64,000 nt of DNA from an uncultured cyanobacterium (GCA_963766075.1 CAVYAN010000008.1:1-64000), one strand, 5' to 3'; counted from the stretch's first letter, positions 32,926 to 43,307 are shown. The notes: generated from the letters alone by a model not told the origin. Made by a program: numbers and translations.

Positions 32926-34239
32926 ATGTTCCCAGGTGGGTGTATGACAACTACAACAAAGCCAGAGGCTGTAGCCAGTGCGGGCTTAGTCCAGGAAGAT
33001 TATCCGCTAACTGCGGTGCCGACCCATGCCCGCAAATCACTATGGTCCCTCGCACCTTTGCTGATGGGATTTGCCTTGACCTCGACCACACTGTTTGCTG
33101 GGGGCAAAATCGGTCCAGCTTTTCAGTTTGCTCCCGACTTGATTGGGCTAATTTTGCTCGGTAATTTGATTTTAGGGGCCTACTGCTCGGCATTGGGGTT
33201 TATTGCTTACAAAAGTGGACTCTCTACCGTGCTGATGGCCCGGTTTAGCTTTGGCAATATTGGCTCTAAATGGGTGGATTTTATTCTGGGCTTTACCCAA
33301 ATTGGCTGGTACGCCTACACCTCCGCCTTGGTCGCAGATGTGGTTAACAAGCTACTGGGGATTCCGCCCTCCTGGAACTGGCTCGGGATTCTGTTTTTTA
33401 CCTACGCCTTTTGCTCCACCGCTTACATCGGCTACAAGGCGATGGATTGGCTCAGCCGCATTTCCGTACCCCTCATGATCGTGCTGATTCTCTGGAGTTT
33501 GTCCATTGCGACGGGCAAGGTGGGTGGCTTTGCCGGGGTGCAGGCGATCGCCCCCACGGCCACCCTCAGTGTCGGCGCAGCTCTCACCGTGATCATTGCC
33601 ACCTTCATTTCGGGGGGCACCCAGGCTACCAACTGGAGCCGATTTGCCAATTCTGGCCGGACGGCTATTTTAGGAACCCTGGCAGCATTCACAGGGGTAA
33701 ATGGCTTGATGATTTTTGCCGGGGCGTTCTGTGCCTTGGTTTATGGCAACCAGGACATTGTGCAGGTGATGGGGCAGCAGGGTATTCTGCTGGGGGGCAT
33801 TATCTTGCTGTTGCTCAATATTTGGACGACCCAGGATAATACGATTTATGCGTTTGCGATCGCCAGTGCCCACATGTTCCGGGTCAATAAGCGGACGGTG
33901 TTTGTCCTCGGCGGAGCTACTATTGCGTTGTTGATGGCGTGGGCGGGTATTTACGAAGCCTTGGTGCCCTACCTACTGTTCCTGGGATCGGTGATTCCGC
34001 CGGTGGGAGGCATCATCATGGCTGACTTTTGGGTCAAGCACAAAGGCACATTCCCATCCCTGGATCAAAAACAGCCTGCGTTTAACTGGGCGGGGGTAAT
34101 TGCCTATGTGATTGCGTCTGTCACAGCCTACATTTCGACGAATGCGCCGACGGGCATCGCCCTGTTTGACATTGCCCCACTCAATGGCGTCGTCGTGGCA
34201 GCGGTGCTTTACGCCATTTTGTCCAAGGTGTTGCGCTAA
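32926..34239 (+). CDS. codB: Cytosine/purine permease (NCS1 family)
   Basis: About 12 TM segments; TQIGWY, SGGTQATNWSRF, NIWTTQDNTIY. Confidence 0.88.
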   Translation: MFPGGCMTTTTKPEAVASAGLVQEDYPLTAVPTHARKSLWSLAPLLMGFALTSTTLFAGGKIGPAFQFAPDLIGLILLGNLILGAYCSALGFIAYKSGLSTVLMARFSFGNIGSKWVDFILGFTQIGWYAYTSALVADVVNKLLGIPPSWNWLGILFFTYAFCSTAYIGYKAMDWLSRISVPLMIVLILWSLSIATGKVGGFAGVQAIAPTATLSVGAALTVIIATFISGGTQATNWSRFANSGRTAILGTLAAFTGVNGLMIFAGAFCALVYGNQDIVQVMGQQGILLGGIILLLLNIWTTQDNTIYAFAIASAHMFRVNKRTVFVLGGATIALLMAWAGIYEALVPYLLFLGSVIPPVGGIIMADFWVKHKGTFPSLDQKQPAFNWAGVIAYVIASVTAYISTNAPTGIALFDIAPLNGVVVAAVLYAILSKVLR

Positions 34240-34507
34240 AGATGTCAGTGGGGGACGGGGGAGGCATGCTCGACGGGAGATGCCCTCCCACTTTCCTGCC
34301 ATGATTCCGTCAAAGCTGACTCTTTTCAAGCTGACGTTGTTCAAGCTGACTCTATGGAAAACAGCAAGAATCCTGCCAATTAACGTTGTAGCGCCTAACG
34401 TTGTGGCGCTTGGCGCTATCCAAAATCCGATAATGGTGTAGCATCGCTAGAGCGATCCCCATAAATTTTCTGGGGATTCCTGCTCTTTTCTTTAGCATGA
34501 GGCTGTT

Positions 34508-35281
34508 ATGCCAACAGTGTTGCCGCGGCTGTCCACCGATCTTTTGGCCTCCTACCGCCAGATTAGCCAACAGCAATTCACCATCGTCGATGTGGAAACA
34601 ACGGGCTATAAGCCAGAAAACAGCCGAGTCATCGAAATCTCCATTCTCCAAGCCAGCCTCGCCGATGGGATTCAGCATCAAGAAACCCATTTGATTAACC
34701 CAGGTACCGCTATCCCGGCCAAAATCACGCAGTTGACGGGAATTTCCCAGGCCATGGTGGCAGAGGCAGAAGCCCCAGAGCCCGTGTGGCAGCGCTGTTT
34801 ACCCTTGCTGAATGCGGGAATTTTCACTGCCCATAACCTCAGTTTTGACTATGGGTTTATTTGTTCAGAGTTCCGGCACTTGGGCATAACGTTCTCGCGG
34901 CCCCCGGAAGTCCGGCTCTGTACTGTCATATTGTCGCGGTTGCTGTTACCCGAACTGCCCTCTCGCAGTCTGCCAAACTTGGTCCAGCACTTTGGCTTTG
35001 ACGTGGGGCGATCGCACCGGGCCGCCGCCGACACCCAAGCCTGCTGGCTATTGGCCAAACATCTCCTCACTGAAATCCAGACCACCGCCGACGCAGAATT
35101 GCTCGCCCGCTTTGCCCAGCAGTGGCTAACCCTGGGTGATGCCGCCGCTATCATGAACTGTAGCGGCAAACAAGCGCGATCGCGGCTGGCCCAAGCGGGT
35201 ATCGAACCCCGCATTGTCGGACGCTACAACACCGCCATGTATCGTCGCGGCGACATAGAACGGTGTTGCCTCACGTCTTAA
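34508..35281 (+). CDS. DEDDh 3'-5' exonuclease (DnaQ-like) with C-terminal HTH-like tail
   Basis: IVDVETTG, AHNLSFD, HRAAAD. Confidence 0.88.
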   Translation: MPTVLPRLSTDLLASYRQISQQQFTIVDVETTGYKPENSRVIEISILQASLADGIQHQETHLINPGTAIPAKITQLTGISQAMVAEAEAPEPVWQRCLPLLNAGIFTAHNLSFDYGFICSEFRHLGITFSRPPEVRLCTVILSRLLLPELPSRSLPNLVQHFGFDVGRSHRAAADTQACWLLAKHLLTEIQTTADAELLARFAQQWLTLGDAAAIMNCSGKQARSRLAQAGIEPRIVGRYNTAMYRRGDIERCCLTS

Positions 35282-35345
35282 AATCGAATATCGTCATCCA
35301 AGCAGATATCGTCATTCAGCGTCCGGCCTCTAGACCTCCTGGTCA

Positions 35346-37043
35346 TTACTTGACCACACCTAAAACAGCCGCCGATTTAGAGTCAGCGATCGCCGGACTC
35401 CCTAGACCCCAAGCATAGATAGCTGGATTCGTCTGCAACGCCTGCTCGTAGGACTCCCGCATGCGGGCATTCACTGCCACCGTCTTCACGTCATACAACT
35501 GCGTCGCCAGCTTGGGATAGCAGCCGATTGCCACAATCAGCGCCAAGAAACAGACGGCAATAAAAACCTCACGGGGACTGGCATCTTTAAATTCCGCGTC
35601 CTCCGGCACCACACAGTCTGTGCCGAAACATACCGCCTCTTGATTGCCCTGGGCCTTCAAATCCCGATCATTCACGTCACAGGTAGGGACCAGATCGCAC
35701 ATTTGATCGGCGCTGGCTCCATGAAACACCTGCCGCACCATGGATAGCAGATAGATGGGGGTCAGGATCAACCCGACCGCCGCTAGAAACACCGTTACCA
35801 ACCGGAAGGCCGAACTGTCAATATCCGTCGTGGCCATCCCCACAAACACCTCCAGCTCTCCCACAAACCCACTCATTCCCGGCAGGGCCAAGGAAGCCAT
35901 CGCCCCCATGGTAAACAGGGCAAACACCTTGGGCATCGCCTGCCCCAAGCCGCCCAACTGATTCATCATCATCGTGTGGGTGCGATCGTAGGTTACCCCC
36001 GCCAGGAAAAATAGCACTGCTGCAATCAGACCATGGGACAGCATTTGCAGCATGGCCCCACTTACCCCCAAATCACTGTAGGAGGCAATCCCCAGCAGCA
36101 CAAACCCCATGTGGGAAATCGAGGAATAGGCCAGTCGCCGCTTCATATTGGTCTGGGCAAAGGAGTTCAGCGCCCCATAAACAATGTTGACCACACCCAA
36201 AATCGCTAACACCGGCGCAAAATAAACATGGGCATGGGGCAGTAGCTCCACGTTCAGCCGAATCAACCCATAGCCCCCCATTTTTAGCAACACCCCGGCC
36301 AAAATCATCGACACCGGGGAAGACGCTTCGCCGTGGGTATCCGCCAGCCACGTATGAAACGGAAAAATCGCCAGTTTCACCCCAAAGGCCACCAGCAGCC
36401 CCGCGTACACAAGCAGTTCCAGCCCCAGCGGAAATTGCTTGAGTCCCAGCTCGGCCATATCAAAGGTGATCGTGTCGCCATAGAATGCCATGCCTAGAGC
36501 GGCCACCAAAATAAAAATCGAAGCCAGCGCCGTATACATCAAAAATTTGGTCGCCGCGTAGCCCCGATTTTGCCCTCCCCAGATGCAGACGAGCAAGTAA
36601 ACCGGAACTAGCTCCACTTCCCACATGATGAAGAACAGCATCAGATCCTGGGCGACAAATACGCCCACCTGGGCGGCATACAGCACCAACATTAGGGCGT
36701 AGAAGAGGCGCGATCGCCGATCCACCTGCCAGGCCGAAAACATGGACAGCGTGGTCACCAGTCCTGCCAGCAACACCAGAGGCGCGGACACGCCATCCAC
36801 CGACAGCGCCCAGCTCAACCCCAACTGCGGCATCCAGGCCACCTTTTCCATCATTTGGAACGTTGCCAAACTGGGATCGTAATGTTGCCCAAAGGCGTAG
36901 CACATCAAACTAAAGTCAGCAAATCCGACCCCCAGCGCATACCAACGCACCACCTTGCCGCCTTTATCCGGCAGCATGGGGATAAACAACGCGGCAACGA
37001 GGGGCAGCAAGACGATCGCAGTCAGCCAAGGAAAGGGTTGCAT
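35346..37043 (-). CDS. ndhD: NAD(P)H-quinone oxidoreductase subunit 4 (NdhD paralog)
   Basis: [40 protein letters not shown]. Confidence 0.93.
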   Translation of the reverse strand: MQPFPWLTAIVLLPLVAALFIPMLPDKGGKVVRWYALGVGFADFSLMCYAFGQHYDPSLATFQMMEKVAWMPQLGLSWALSVDGVSAPLVLLAGLVTTLSMFSAWQVDRRSRLFYALMLVLYAAQVGVFVAQDLMLFFIMWEVELVPVYLLVCIWGGQNRGYAATKFLMYTALASIFILVAALGMAFYGDTITFDMAELGLKQFPLGLELLVYAGLLVAFGVKLAIFPFHTWLADTHGEASSPVSMILAGVLLKMGGYGLIRLNVELLPHAHVYFAPVLAILGVVNIVYGALNSFAQTNMKRRLAYSSISHMGFVLLGIASYSDLGVSGAMLQMLSHGLIAAVLFFLAGVTYDRTHTMMMNQLGGLGQAMPKVFALFTMGAMASLALPGMSGFVGELEVFVGMATTDIDSSAFRLVTVFLAAVGLILTPIYLLSMVRQVFHGASADQMCDLVPTCDVNDRDLKAQGNQEAVCFGTDCVVPEDAEFKDASPREVFIAVCFLALIVAIGCYPKLATQLYDVKTVAVNARMRESYEQALQTNPAIYAWGLGSPAIADSKSAAVLGVVK

Positions 37044-37174
37044 GGTGATAAGGATAAATACCTATGGGTGAGTTAAGAATATCTTACGCAACTGCGGGGA
37101 TCATCGGGCATCAATCCTTCGCGAGTGGGACATGGATTCAGGGTTATGGGTCGTTGATGCAGGCATCAACGACC

Positions 37175-37672
37175 CTAGGGTGGGCCTACAGCCTGCAATT
37201 CGGCCAATACGGTCTGGAGGTTGGCGGGCAATCGACGCAAAATCTTGCCCGTCTGGCGATCTACGGGCACCAGAGTCACTTCTGCCGTTACAAATAAATC
37301 ATTCCCATCCGTCGAGCGAATCTCATACTCAAAATTCCAGCGGATGCCCTTTTGTTTCAGGCGCAACCACACCACAACCGCCATTCCCATCAGCACGGAC
37401 CTGTGGTATTTCAACCCCATGGCCGCCACGGGCAAATCGCAACCCAGTGCCACCAAATCGGCAAAATTGATACCGCCATGGCGTAAACATTCCACCCGAG
37501 CCTCTTCTAACCACGTAATGTAAGACCCATGCCAAACAATTCCGGCATAGTCGGTGTGATGGGGTTGGGCCCGAACTGGGTATAACCACCACCCCGCCGC
37601 TGTTTTCTGAATTGGCCCTGGGATTGTGACTGTTGGTTGCAAACCGGTCAAAGAAGGTGCGTCGTTTGGCAT
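37175..37672 (-). CDS. Acyl-CoA thioesterase (4HBT/YbgC family)
   Basis: VRAQPHHTDYAGIVWHGSYITWLEEAR. Confidence 0.88.
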   Translation of the reverse strand: MPNDAPSLTGLQPTVTIPGPIQKTAAGWWLYPVRAQPHHTDYAGIVWHGSYITWLEEARVECLRHGGINFADLVALGCDLPVAAMGLKYHRSVLMGMAVVVWLRLKQKGIRWNFEYEIRSTDGNDLFVTAEVTLVPVDRQTGKILRRLPANLQTVLAELQAVGPP

Positions 37673-37720
37673 TCTATTAAGCAGGCGCGTCATTAAAAAA
37701 AAACGGATGAGGTAAATTCC

Positions 37721-38572
37721 ATGATTGAAAAAATTTTGTTTGCAGACTCCGGCACCGGTAATTCTGAGGCTATGCTGAAGGTCCTGCTGGAGATTCCGGG
37801 GATTCAACGGGCCACCGTGACCGTGCTCCACGTTGTGCCCCCTCAAGTATCATCCGATGCCATGACCGAAAAGTGGGAAGAAGGCGGCAAAATCCTGGCC
37901 AAGGCGATTCAATCCCTTAATTTGGATCCCAGTCGGGCCACCGCCATACTGCGCCAGGGCGATCCCAAGAATGTTGTTGTTCAAGTTGCCGAAGAAATTG
38001 ACGCCGATCTGATCATTATGGGGTCACGGGGGCTGGATCGGTTAGTTTCCATTTTAGAGAACTCTGTTAGCCAGTATGTGTTCCAGCTTTCGCCGCGACC
38101 AATGCTACTGGTCAAGGATGACCTCTACGCCATTCGGCCCCTGAATAAGGTGGTGGTGGCGATGGACAAGTCCGATTCGGCGTTGGAATGCCTCAAGCTG
38201 GGAATTTTCCTGCTACGGGATATAAAAGGTGGGCAGCTTGTTCTCGTGCGCATTGATCCAAATCTCAAGGCTGATGCGATTCTGTCGGCGGCTGAAGCGG
38301 AAAAGGATGCGGTATTGGCTCCAGCGGTGGCAGAGGCTAAGCGGATGGGGATCAGCTATCGCTGCGTGGTGGAAGGTGGCAAAGCAGGTGAAAAGATTTG
38401 CCAGTTGGCTACAGAGGCGCGGGCTGATTTGCTGCTACTGGGTTCTCCGGAGCGCCGTCCCTCGATCGCCAAGGGGCTGCCTGATCTGGATCGGCTATTG
38501 GGCAGTTCGCTGTCTGACTATGTACGGGTTCATGCCGAATGCCCGGTGCTGTTGGCTCGGCGCGTGGGCTGA
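37721..38572 (+). CDS. Tandem universal stress protein
   Basis: Two USP domains: DLIIMGSRG...SVSQYV and LLGSSLSDYV...CPVL. Confidence 0.9.
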   Translation: MIEKILFADSGTGNSEAMLKVLLEIPGIQRATVTVLHVVPPQVSSDAMTEKWEEGGKILAKAIQSLNLDPSRATAILRQGDPKNVVVQVAEEIDADLIIMGSRGLDRLVSILENSVSQYVFQLSPRPMLLVKDDLYAIRPLNKVVVAMDKSDSALECLKLGIFLLRDIKGGQLVLVRIDPNLKADAILSAAEAEKDAVLAPAVAEAKRMGISYRCVVEGGKAGEKICQLATEARADLLLLGSPERRPSIAKGLPDLDRLLGSSLSDYVRVHAECPVLLARRVG

Positions 38573-38772
38573 GCCGGGGATCAGGACAGGGGTGGGTGCA
38601 CAGCATTCACCTCCCCCCTAGGGCTGACTTTGTTAAACGTTTTGGCATGTTTATTGATGACTCGACATATTTTGTAGGATTGCTTTGCGATCGCGGTCAA
38701 AGGATTGCCCATATCCGAAGAAAGAAGAAAGAAGCAGCCCAAAATCCCCAAAAATAGTCGATAACTAGTCAA

Positions 38773-40011
38773 ATGCGTTCCGCTTTCTTCGGTGGTATCG
38801 TGATGATCATGAGTGACCTTGATTGGTGTTATCGGATTTTGGACCTGAAACCTGGTGCGTCTCTGGAAGAGGTGAACCAGGCGTATAAGGATATGGTCTT
38901 TATCTGGCATCCAGACCGGATTCCCAGTGATAATCCGCGATTGCAGCAAAAAGCTCAGGATAAGATCAAAGAGCTGAACGATGCCCGCGATCGCCTCCGC
39001 ACCCGCATTAAAACGCAGCCTGCGTCCTCCCGGACAACGGCACATCATGCAGCCCAGGCCACAACTACGGCCCAAACCAAGACCACGGCCCAAGCCAAGA
39101 CGACAGAAGCGAAAACCAGTTCCTCCCGCTACTACTACCAGCCCTATCCGCGTCCGAACTACAGCGAAGGCGCAGGTCGGCACGCAACGGGCAGTAACGC
39201 GAATAGTAGTAATGGTGCGGGCAATAATGGCACGGCCAGTGGCGCGACGGGCAGTAACGGTACCGGCAATAACGGCACGGGTAGCACTGGGTATAGCAGT
39301 AATGGCAACGGGCGGGCGGGCCATGCCAGCGGTTCTACGGCAACGGGTGCTACAAATGGCCACCATGTCTATACCGCCCATACCCGGAATCCCTATTCCC
39401 ACACCGCCCATGCCAGTCAGCAAGCGGCAAGTCGCGCCAGTAATACCTATAACGGCAACCACGCCAGCAGCAGCACGCGCCACAGCACGACCAGCAGTGT
39501 GAATCACAGTACGAACCATAATGGCGCGAATCATAATGGCGCGAACCATAGCGCTGCCAATGCCAAGGCTGCGAGTCACAGCTATGGCTATCGCGCTCCT
39601 CAGTCCACGCCCTATCCGCCCTCTGCCAGTCAAAATCGCCGTCAAGACCCTGATCTCAGTGGCGTAGACTACAGCGGGCGCAACCTCAGCGAAAAAGACT
39701 TCTCGGGCCGTAATCTCAGTAGCGCCAATTTGAGCAATGCTGACCTCAGCGACGCCTTTTTGCATCGGGTTAACTTTAGCGGGGCTAATCTCTACCGCAT
39801 TAATTTGTTTCGCGCCAATTTGCTAGAGGCTGATTTAACCCAAGCCGATCTTCGAGAGGCCAACTTAATTGGTGCAGACCTCAGCGGTGCCGATTTGCGG
39901 GGAGCAAATCTGCGGGGGGCAAAAATTGGGGCGGGCGATCGCGTCATGGTCAAGTTGACCGGAGCTAATCTGGCCGGAGCCACCATGCCCGATGGGCGTA
40001 TCCATGAATGA
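38773..40011 (+). CDS. J-domain protein with low-complexity linker and C-terminal pentapeptide repeats
   Basis: WHPD motif; A(N/D)LxG repeats. Confidence 0.9.
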   Translation: MRSAFFGGIVMIMSDLDWCYRILDLKPGASLEEVNQAYKDMVFIWHPDRIPSDNPRLQQKAQDKIKELNDARDRLRTRIKTQPASSRTTAHHAAQATTTAQTKTTAQAKTTEAKTSSSRYYYQPYPRPNYSEGAGRHATGSNANSSNGAGNNGTASGATGSNGTGNNGTGSTGYSSNGNGRAGHASGSTATGATNGHHVYTAHTRNPYSHTAHASQQAASRASNTYNGNHASSSTRHSTTSSVNHSTNHNGANHNGANHSAANAKAASHSYGYRAPQSTPYPPSASQNRRQDPDLSGVDYSGRNLSEKDFSGRNLSSANLSNADLSDAFLHRVNFSGANLYRINLFRANLLEADLTQADLREANLIGADLSGADLRGANLRGAKIGAGDRVMVKLTGANLAGATMPDGRIHE

Positions 40012-40055
40012 CTAGATAGACTTCGGCGATCCTGTGCACCCCTTCTTGCTCACAA

Positions 40056-40171
40056 GCTGAGCGAAGTCGAAGGGGCGACAGATCGCAGGCTGAACGGAGT
40101 CGAACGGACGACAAATCGCAAGGTTAACCAAGTCGAAGGGAGGACAAATCGAAGGCTGAGCGGAGTCGAAG
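40056..40171. repeat. Degenerate tandem array of GCTGAGCGGAGTCGAAG-type short repeats
   Basis: Four units of about 33 bp with similar linkers. Confidence 0.75.
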
Positions 40172-40220
40172 CCTGCTTATCGCAGGTTACTCAGCGGTCA
40201 CAGTATTTTTGGGAAATTGC

Positions 40221-40330
40221 GGGAGCATGTCACCCTTTTGGGTAGAAAAATCAACCCCTCGAAATGCGTTCTACCATGGCCACGGGTTTACTGGCTTTTG
40301 AATTTCTCTGGAAAAAGATGACATGCTCCC
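40221..40330. mobile_element. 110-bp MITE with ISKra4-like ends
   Basis: Terminal IR GGGAGCATGTCA...TGACATGCTCCC; 8-bp direct repeat GAAATTGC at 40213-40220 and 40331-40338. Confidence 0.88.
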
Positions 40331-40446
40331 GAAATTGCAGCCAATTCCCATCAGAAAATCTTTTTCATTTCTCTATAGATTGATTTAGTTACAGAGTGCC
40401 TTGAACGGGGAATCTTAAGCATGAGTTGTTTCAACCTGCCATCCTC

Positions 40447-43149
40447 ATGCCTGACCTTTCTGCGCCTGTGCAACGCCTGAATGCTCTGCAACAAGCCGCC
40501 TATCAACTATCCTCCTGTACGGACCAGATTTTTCAACAAATTGAGCAACACCAGACTTTGACCCGGATCATCGACAAAATTCGGTCATCCCTGGACTTGG
40601 ATATCATCTTCAAAACTACGGCAACGGAGATTCGTCAGTTGCTCAATGCCGATCGCGTTGGGGTGTTTCGCTTTACTCCCGGCAGTGGGTGGGATGAGGG
40701 CGAGTTTGTCTCAGAGGATGTGGATGCCGAATTTCCGTCAGCCATGGCAGCCAAAGTCTATGACCACTGTTTCGGGTCTCAATTTGCGGTCTACTACACC
40801 CAGGGACGGGTCCAGGCCGTCGCCGATATCTACGAGGCGGGCCTAAGTGATTGTCACGTCCAGATTCTCGAACAATTCCAGGTGCGGGCGAATCTAATTG
40901 TGCCCGTGCTCAAGGGAGACGAACTGTGGGGGCTTCTGTGCATCCATCAGTGCAGCGCGCCGCGCCGCTGGCAACTGGCAGAAATTGAATTTGTCCGCAA
41001 AATTGCCGATTATTTTGCCGTAGCCTTGCAACAGGCCGAGCATTTAGAACAGATTAAGCATCAAGCCACATTGCTGGCACAAGTCAGTGCCCAAGAAAAA
41101 TCGCTGATCCGGCAAAAAGCCTTGGTCAAAATTACTAGTCGGATTCGGCAATCGCTTGACTTTGCGGTGATTTGTCAGACTGCCACCGAGGAAGTGCTCC
41201 AGTTGCTAGAGGCTGATCGGGTGACCATTTACCGCTTTAATGCTGACTGGAGTGGTGATTTTCTGTTTGAGTCGGTGTCTGTAGACTGGCAGCCATTAGT
41301 GGGAGTGTGCCCAACCATTGAGGACACGCACTTAATGGAGACTCAGGGGGGACGCTACGCCGCCAATGAAACCTTTGCCATTGCCGATATTTACACGGCG
41401 GGGCATTCCGACTGCCATGTGGCGTTGCTGGAAGAATTCCAGGCCAAAGCCTATGCGATCGCCCCCATTTTTCAGGGCGATCGCCTCTGGGGATTGCTGA
41501 CAGCCTTCCAAAATTCTGGTCCCCGCCACTGGCACGCCGATGAAATTGAATTGCTAGCGCAGATTGGCGAACAATTGGGCATTGTGATTCAGCAAACCCA
41601 GGAACAAGAACGCGCGATTAGTCGCCAGAAGGCCCTGGTCAAAATTGTCAATAAAATCCGCCAGTCCCTTGATTTTGCGGTGATTTGCCAAACGGTGACG
41701 GAGGAAGTGCGGCAGTTGCTCAGTGCGGATCGGGTGACGGTCTACCGCTTTAATACCGATTGGAGTGGGGACTTTTTGTTTGAATCGGTGGCTGCGGAGT
41801 GGAAGCCCTTGGTCGGTGTTTCCCCCTCAATTGAAGATACCCACTTAATGGAGACTCAGGGAGGACGCTACGCAGCCAATGAAACCTTTGCCATTGCCGA
41901 TATTTACACGGCGGGGCATTCCGACTGCCATGTGGCGTTGCTGGAAGACTTCCAAGCCAGAGCCTATGCGATCGCCCCAATTTTTCAGGGCGATCGCCTC
42001 TGGGGATTGCTGACGACCTTCCAAAATTCTGGCCCGCGCCAATGGCAAACCGATGAAATTGAATTGCTGGCCCAGATTGGCGAACAACTTGGCATTGCCC
42101 TACAGCAAGCGGAAGCCGTGCGCCAGATTCAAGCGCAGTCGGTCGAATTGCAGGGAATGCTGGAAGAATTGAAACAGTCTCAAGCCCAATTGATTCAGCA
42201 AGAAAAAATGGCAGCCCTGGGACAGTTAATTGCAGGCGTGGCCCATGAAATCAATAATCCTTTGGGAGCGATTAAGGCATCGGCGAGCAATACCCATAAG
42301 GCCCTCCAGGAAGCGATCGCCGATTTCCCATATTTGCATCAACGGTTGAATGCTACTGAGCAAGAGAGCTTTTTTAAGCTGATCGATCGGGCAATCGATA
42401 GCCCTTCCCTGGTGGATGCGTTAGAAGGCCGTGCCTTGAAACGCAAAGTGACCGCCTATTTGCAAGCGCAGGGGATTGAAGAAGCCCGAGACATTGCCGA
42501 TACCTTGATGGACATGGGCATTCGAGAGGACTTGGACTTTTTGTTGCCGCTCTTAAAGGGTGAACACCATGAATGGGCGGTGCAGTTTGCCTACAACTTA
42601 ACCTGTTCCTTTCTCAACAACCAAACGATTCTGCGTGCGGTCGATCGTTCGGCCAAAATTGTGTTTGCGCTCAAAAGCTATGCGCGGGTTGAGCAAAGTG
42701 AACAAAAACAGTTAACCCAATTAACTGACGGCCTAGAGACAACCCTGGAGATTTATCACAATCACCTCAAACGCGACATTCACGTTGTCCGAGACTATGC
42801 CGCTCTGCCCCAAGTGTGGGTGTATCCCGACGAACTGATTCAGGTCTGGACCAACCTGATCCATAACGCCATTCAGGCCATGGAATCCGGCGGTACCTTG
42901 ACCCTTTCCACCCGGCAGCAGGACGAGGGGATTGCGATCAGCATTACGGATACGGGTTCGGGTATTCCTCCTGAAGTCCAGCAAAAAATCTTTGATGCCT
43001 TTTTCACCACGAAACCGCCGGGTAAAGGCAGTGGGTTAGGACTTCACATTTGCCAAAAAATTATTGATAAGCACCAAGGGCACATCCACGTCGAGAGTCA
43101 GCCTGGGCAAACTCAATTCCGGGTGTGGCTGCCTCACGAAGCGACTTAA
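40447..43149 (+). CDS. Cyanobacteriochrome sensor histidine kinase (3 GAF domains + HisKA/HATPase)
   Basis: GAF1 DHCF...DCH; GAF2/3 DTHLMETQGGRY...DCH; AGVAHEINNPL, NLIHNAIQAM, GSGLGL. Confidence 0.9.
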   Translation: MPDLSAPVQRLNALQQAAYQLSSCTDQIFQQIEQHQTLTRIIDKIRSSLDLDIIFKTTATEIRQLLNADRVGVFRFTPGSGWDEGEFVSEDVDAEFPSAMAAKVYDHCFGSQFAVYYTQGRVQAVADIYEAGLSDCHVQILEQFQVRANLIVPVLKGDELWGLLCIHQCSAPRRWQLAEIEFVRKIADYFAVALQQAEHLEQIKHQATLLAQVSAQEKSLIRQKALVKITSRIRQSLDFAVICQTATEEVLQLLEADRVTIYRFNADWSGDFLFESVSVDWQPLVGVCPTIEDTHLMETQGGRYAANETFAIADIYTAGHSDCHVALLEEFQAKAYAIAPIFQGDRLWGLLTAFQNSGPRHWHADEIELLAQIGEQLGIVIQQTQEQERAISRQKALVKIVNKIRQSLDFAVICQTVTEEVRQLLSADRVTVYRFNTDWSGDFLFESVAAEWKPLVGVSPSIEDTHLMETQGGRYAANETFAIADIYTAGHSDCHVALLEDFQARAYAIAPIFQGDRLWGLLTTFQNSGPRQWQTDEIELLAQIGEQLGIALQQAEAVRQIQAQSVELQGMLEELKQSQAQLIQQEKMAALGQLIAGVAHEINNPLGAIKASASNTHKALQEAIADFPYLHQRLNATEQESFFKLIDRAIDSPSLVDALEGRALKRKVTAYLQAQGIEEARDIADTLMDMGIREDLDFLLPLLKGEHHEWAVQFAYNLTCSFLNNQTILRAVDRSAKIVFALKSYARVEQSEQKQLTQLTDGLETTLEIYHNHLKRDIHVVRDYAALPQVWVYPDELIQVWTNLIHNAIQAMESGGTLTLSTRQQDEGIAISITDTGSGIPPEVQQKIFDAFFTTKPPGKGSGLGLHICQKIIDKHQGHIHVESQPGQTQFRVWLPHEAT

Positions 43150-43208
43150 CAATCTGCCGTGCTCAGAGCACAGAGTCGCAATAGGATAGCCCGCAGAAAA
43201 CCGCTCCT

Positions 43209-43270
43209 TTCGACTCCGTTCCCTGAGCGGAGTCGAAGGGAGCGGAGTCGAAGGGAACGGAGTCGAAGGG
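43209..43270. repeat. One inverted plus three direct 15-bp GAGCGGAGTCGAAGG repeats between convergent genes
   Basis: Read directly; can form a hairpin. Confidence 0.8.
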
Positions 43271-43307
43271 AGCAACCCCCGTCAGTACAATCTCCATGGA
43301 AATCACC

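Noticed and set aside
38581..39765. 394-aa minus-strand ORF
   Set aside because: Antisense to the low-complexity J-domain gene
40056..40171. Possible mini-CRISPR array
   Set aside because: Repeats are short and degenerate, linkers resemble each other and are only ~16 nt, and there are no cas genes
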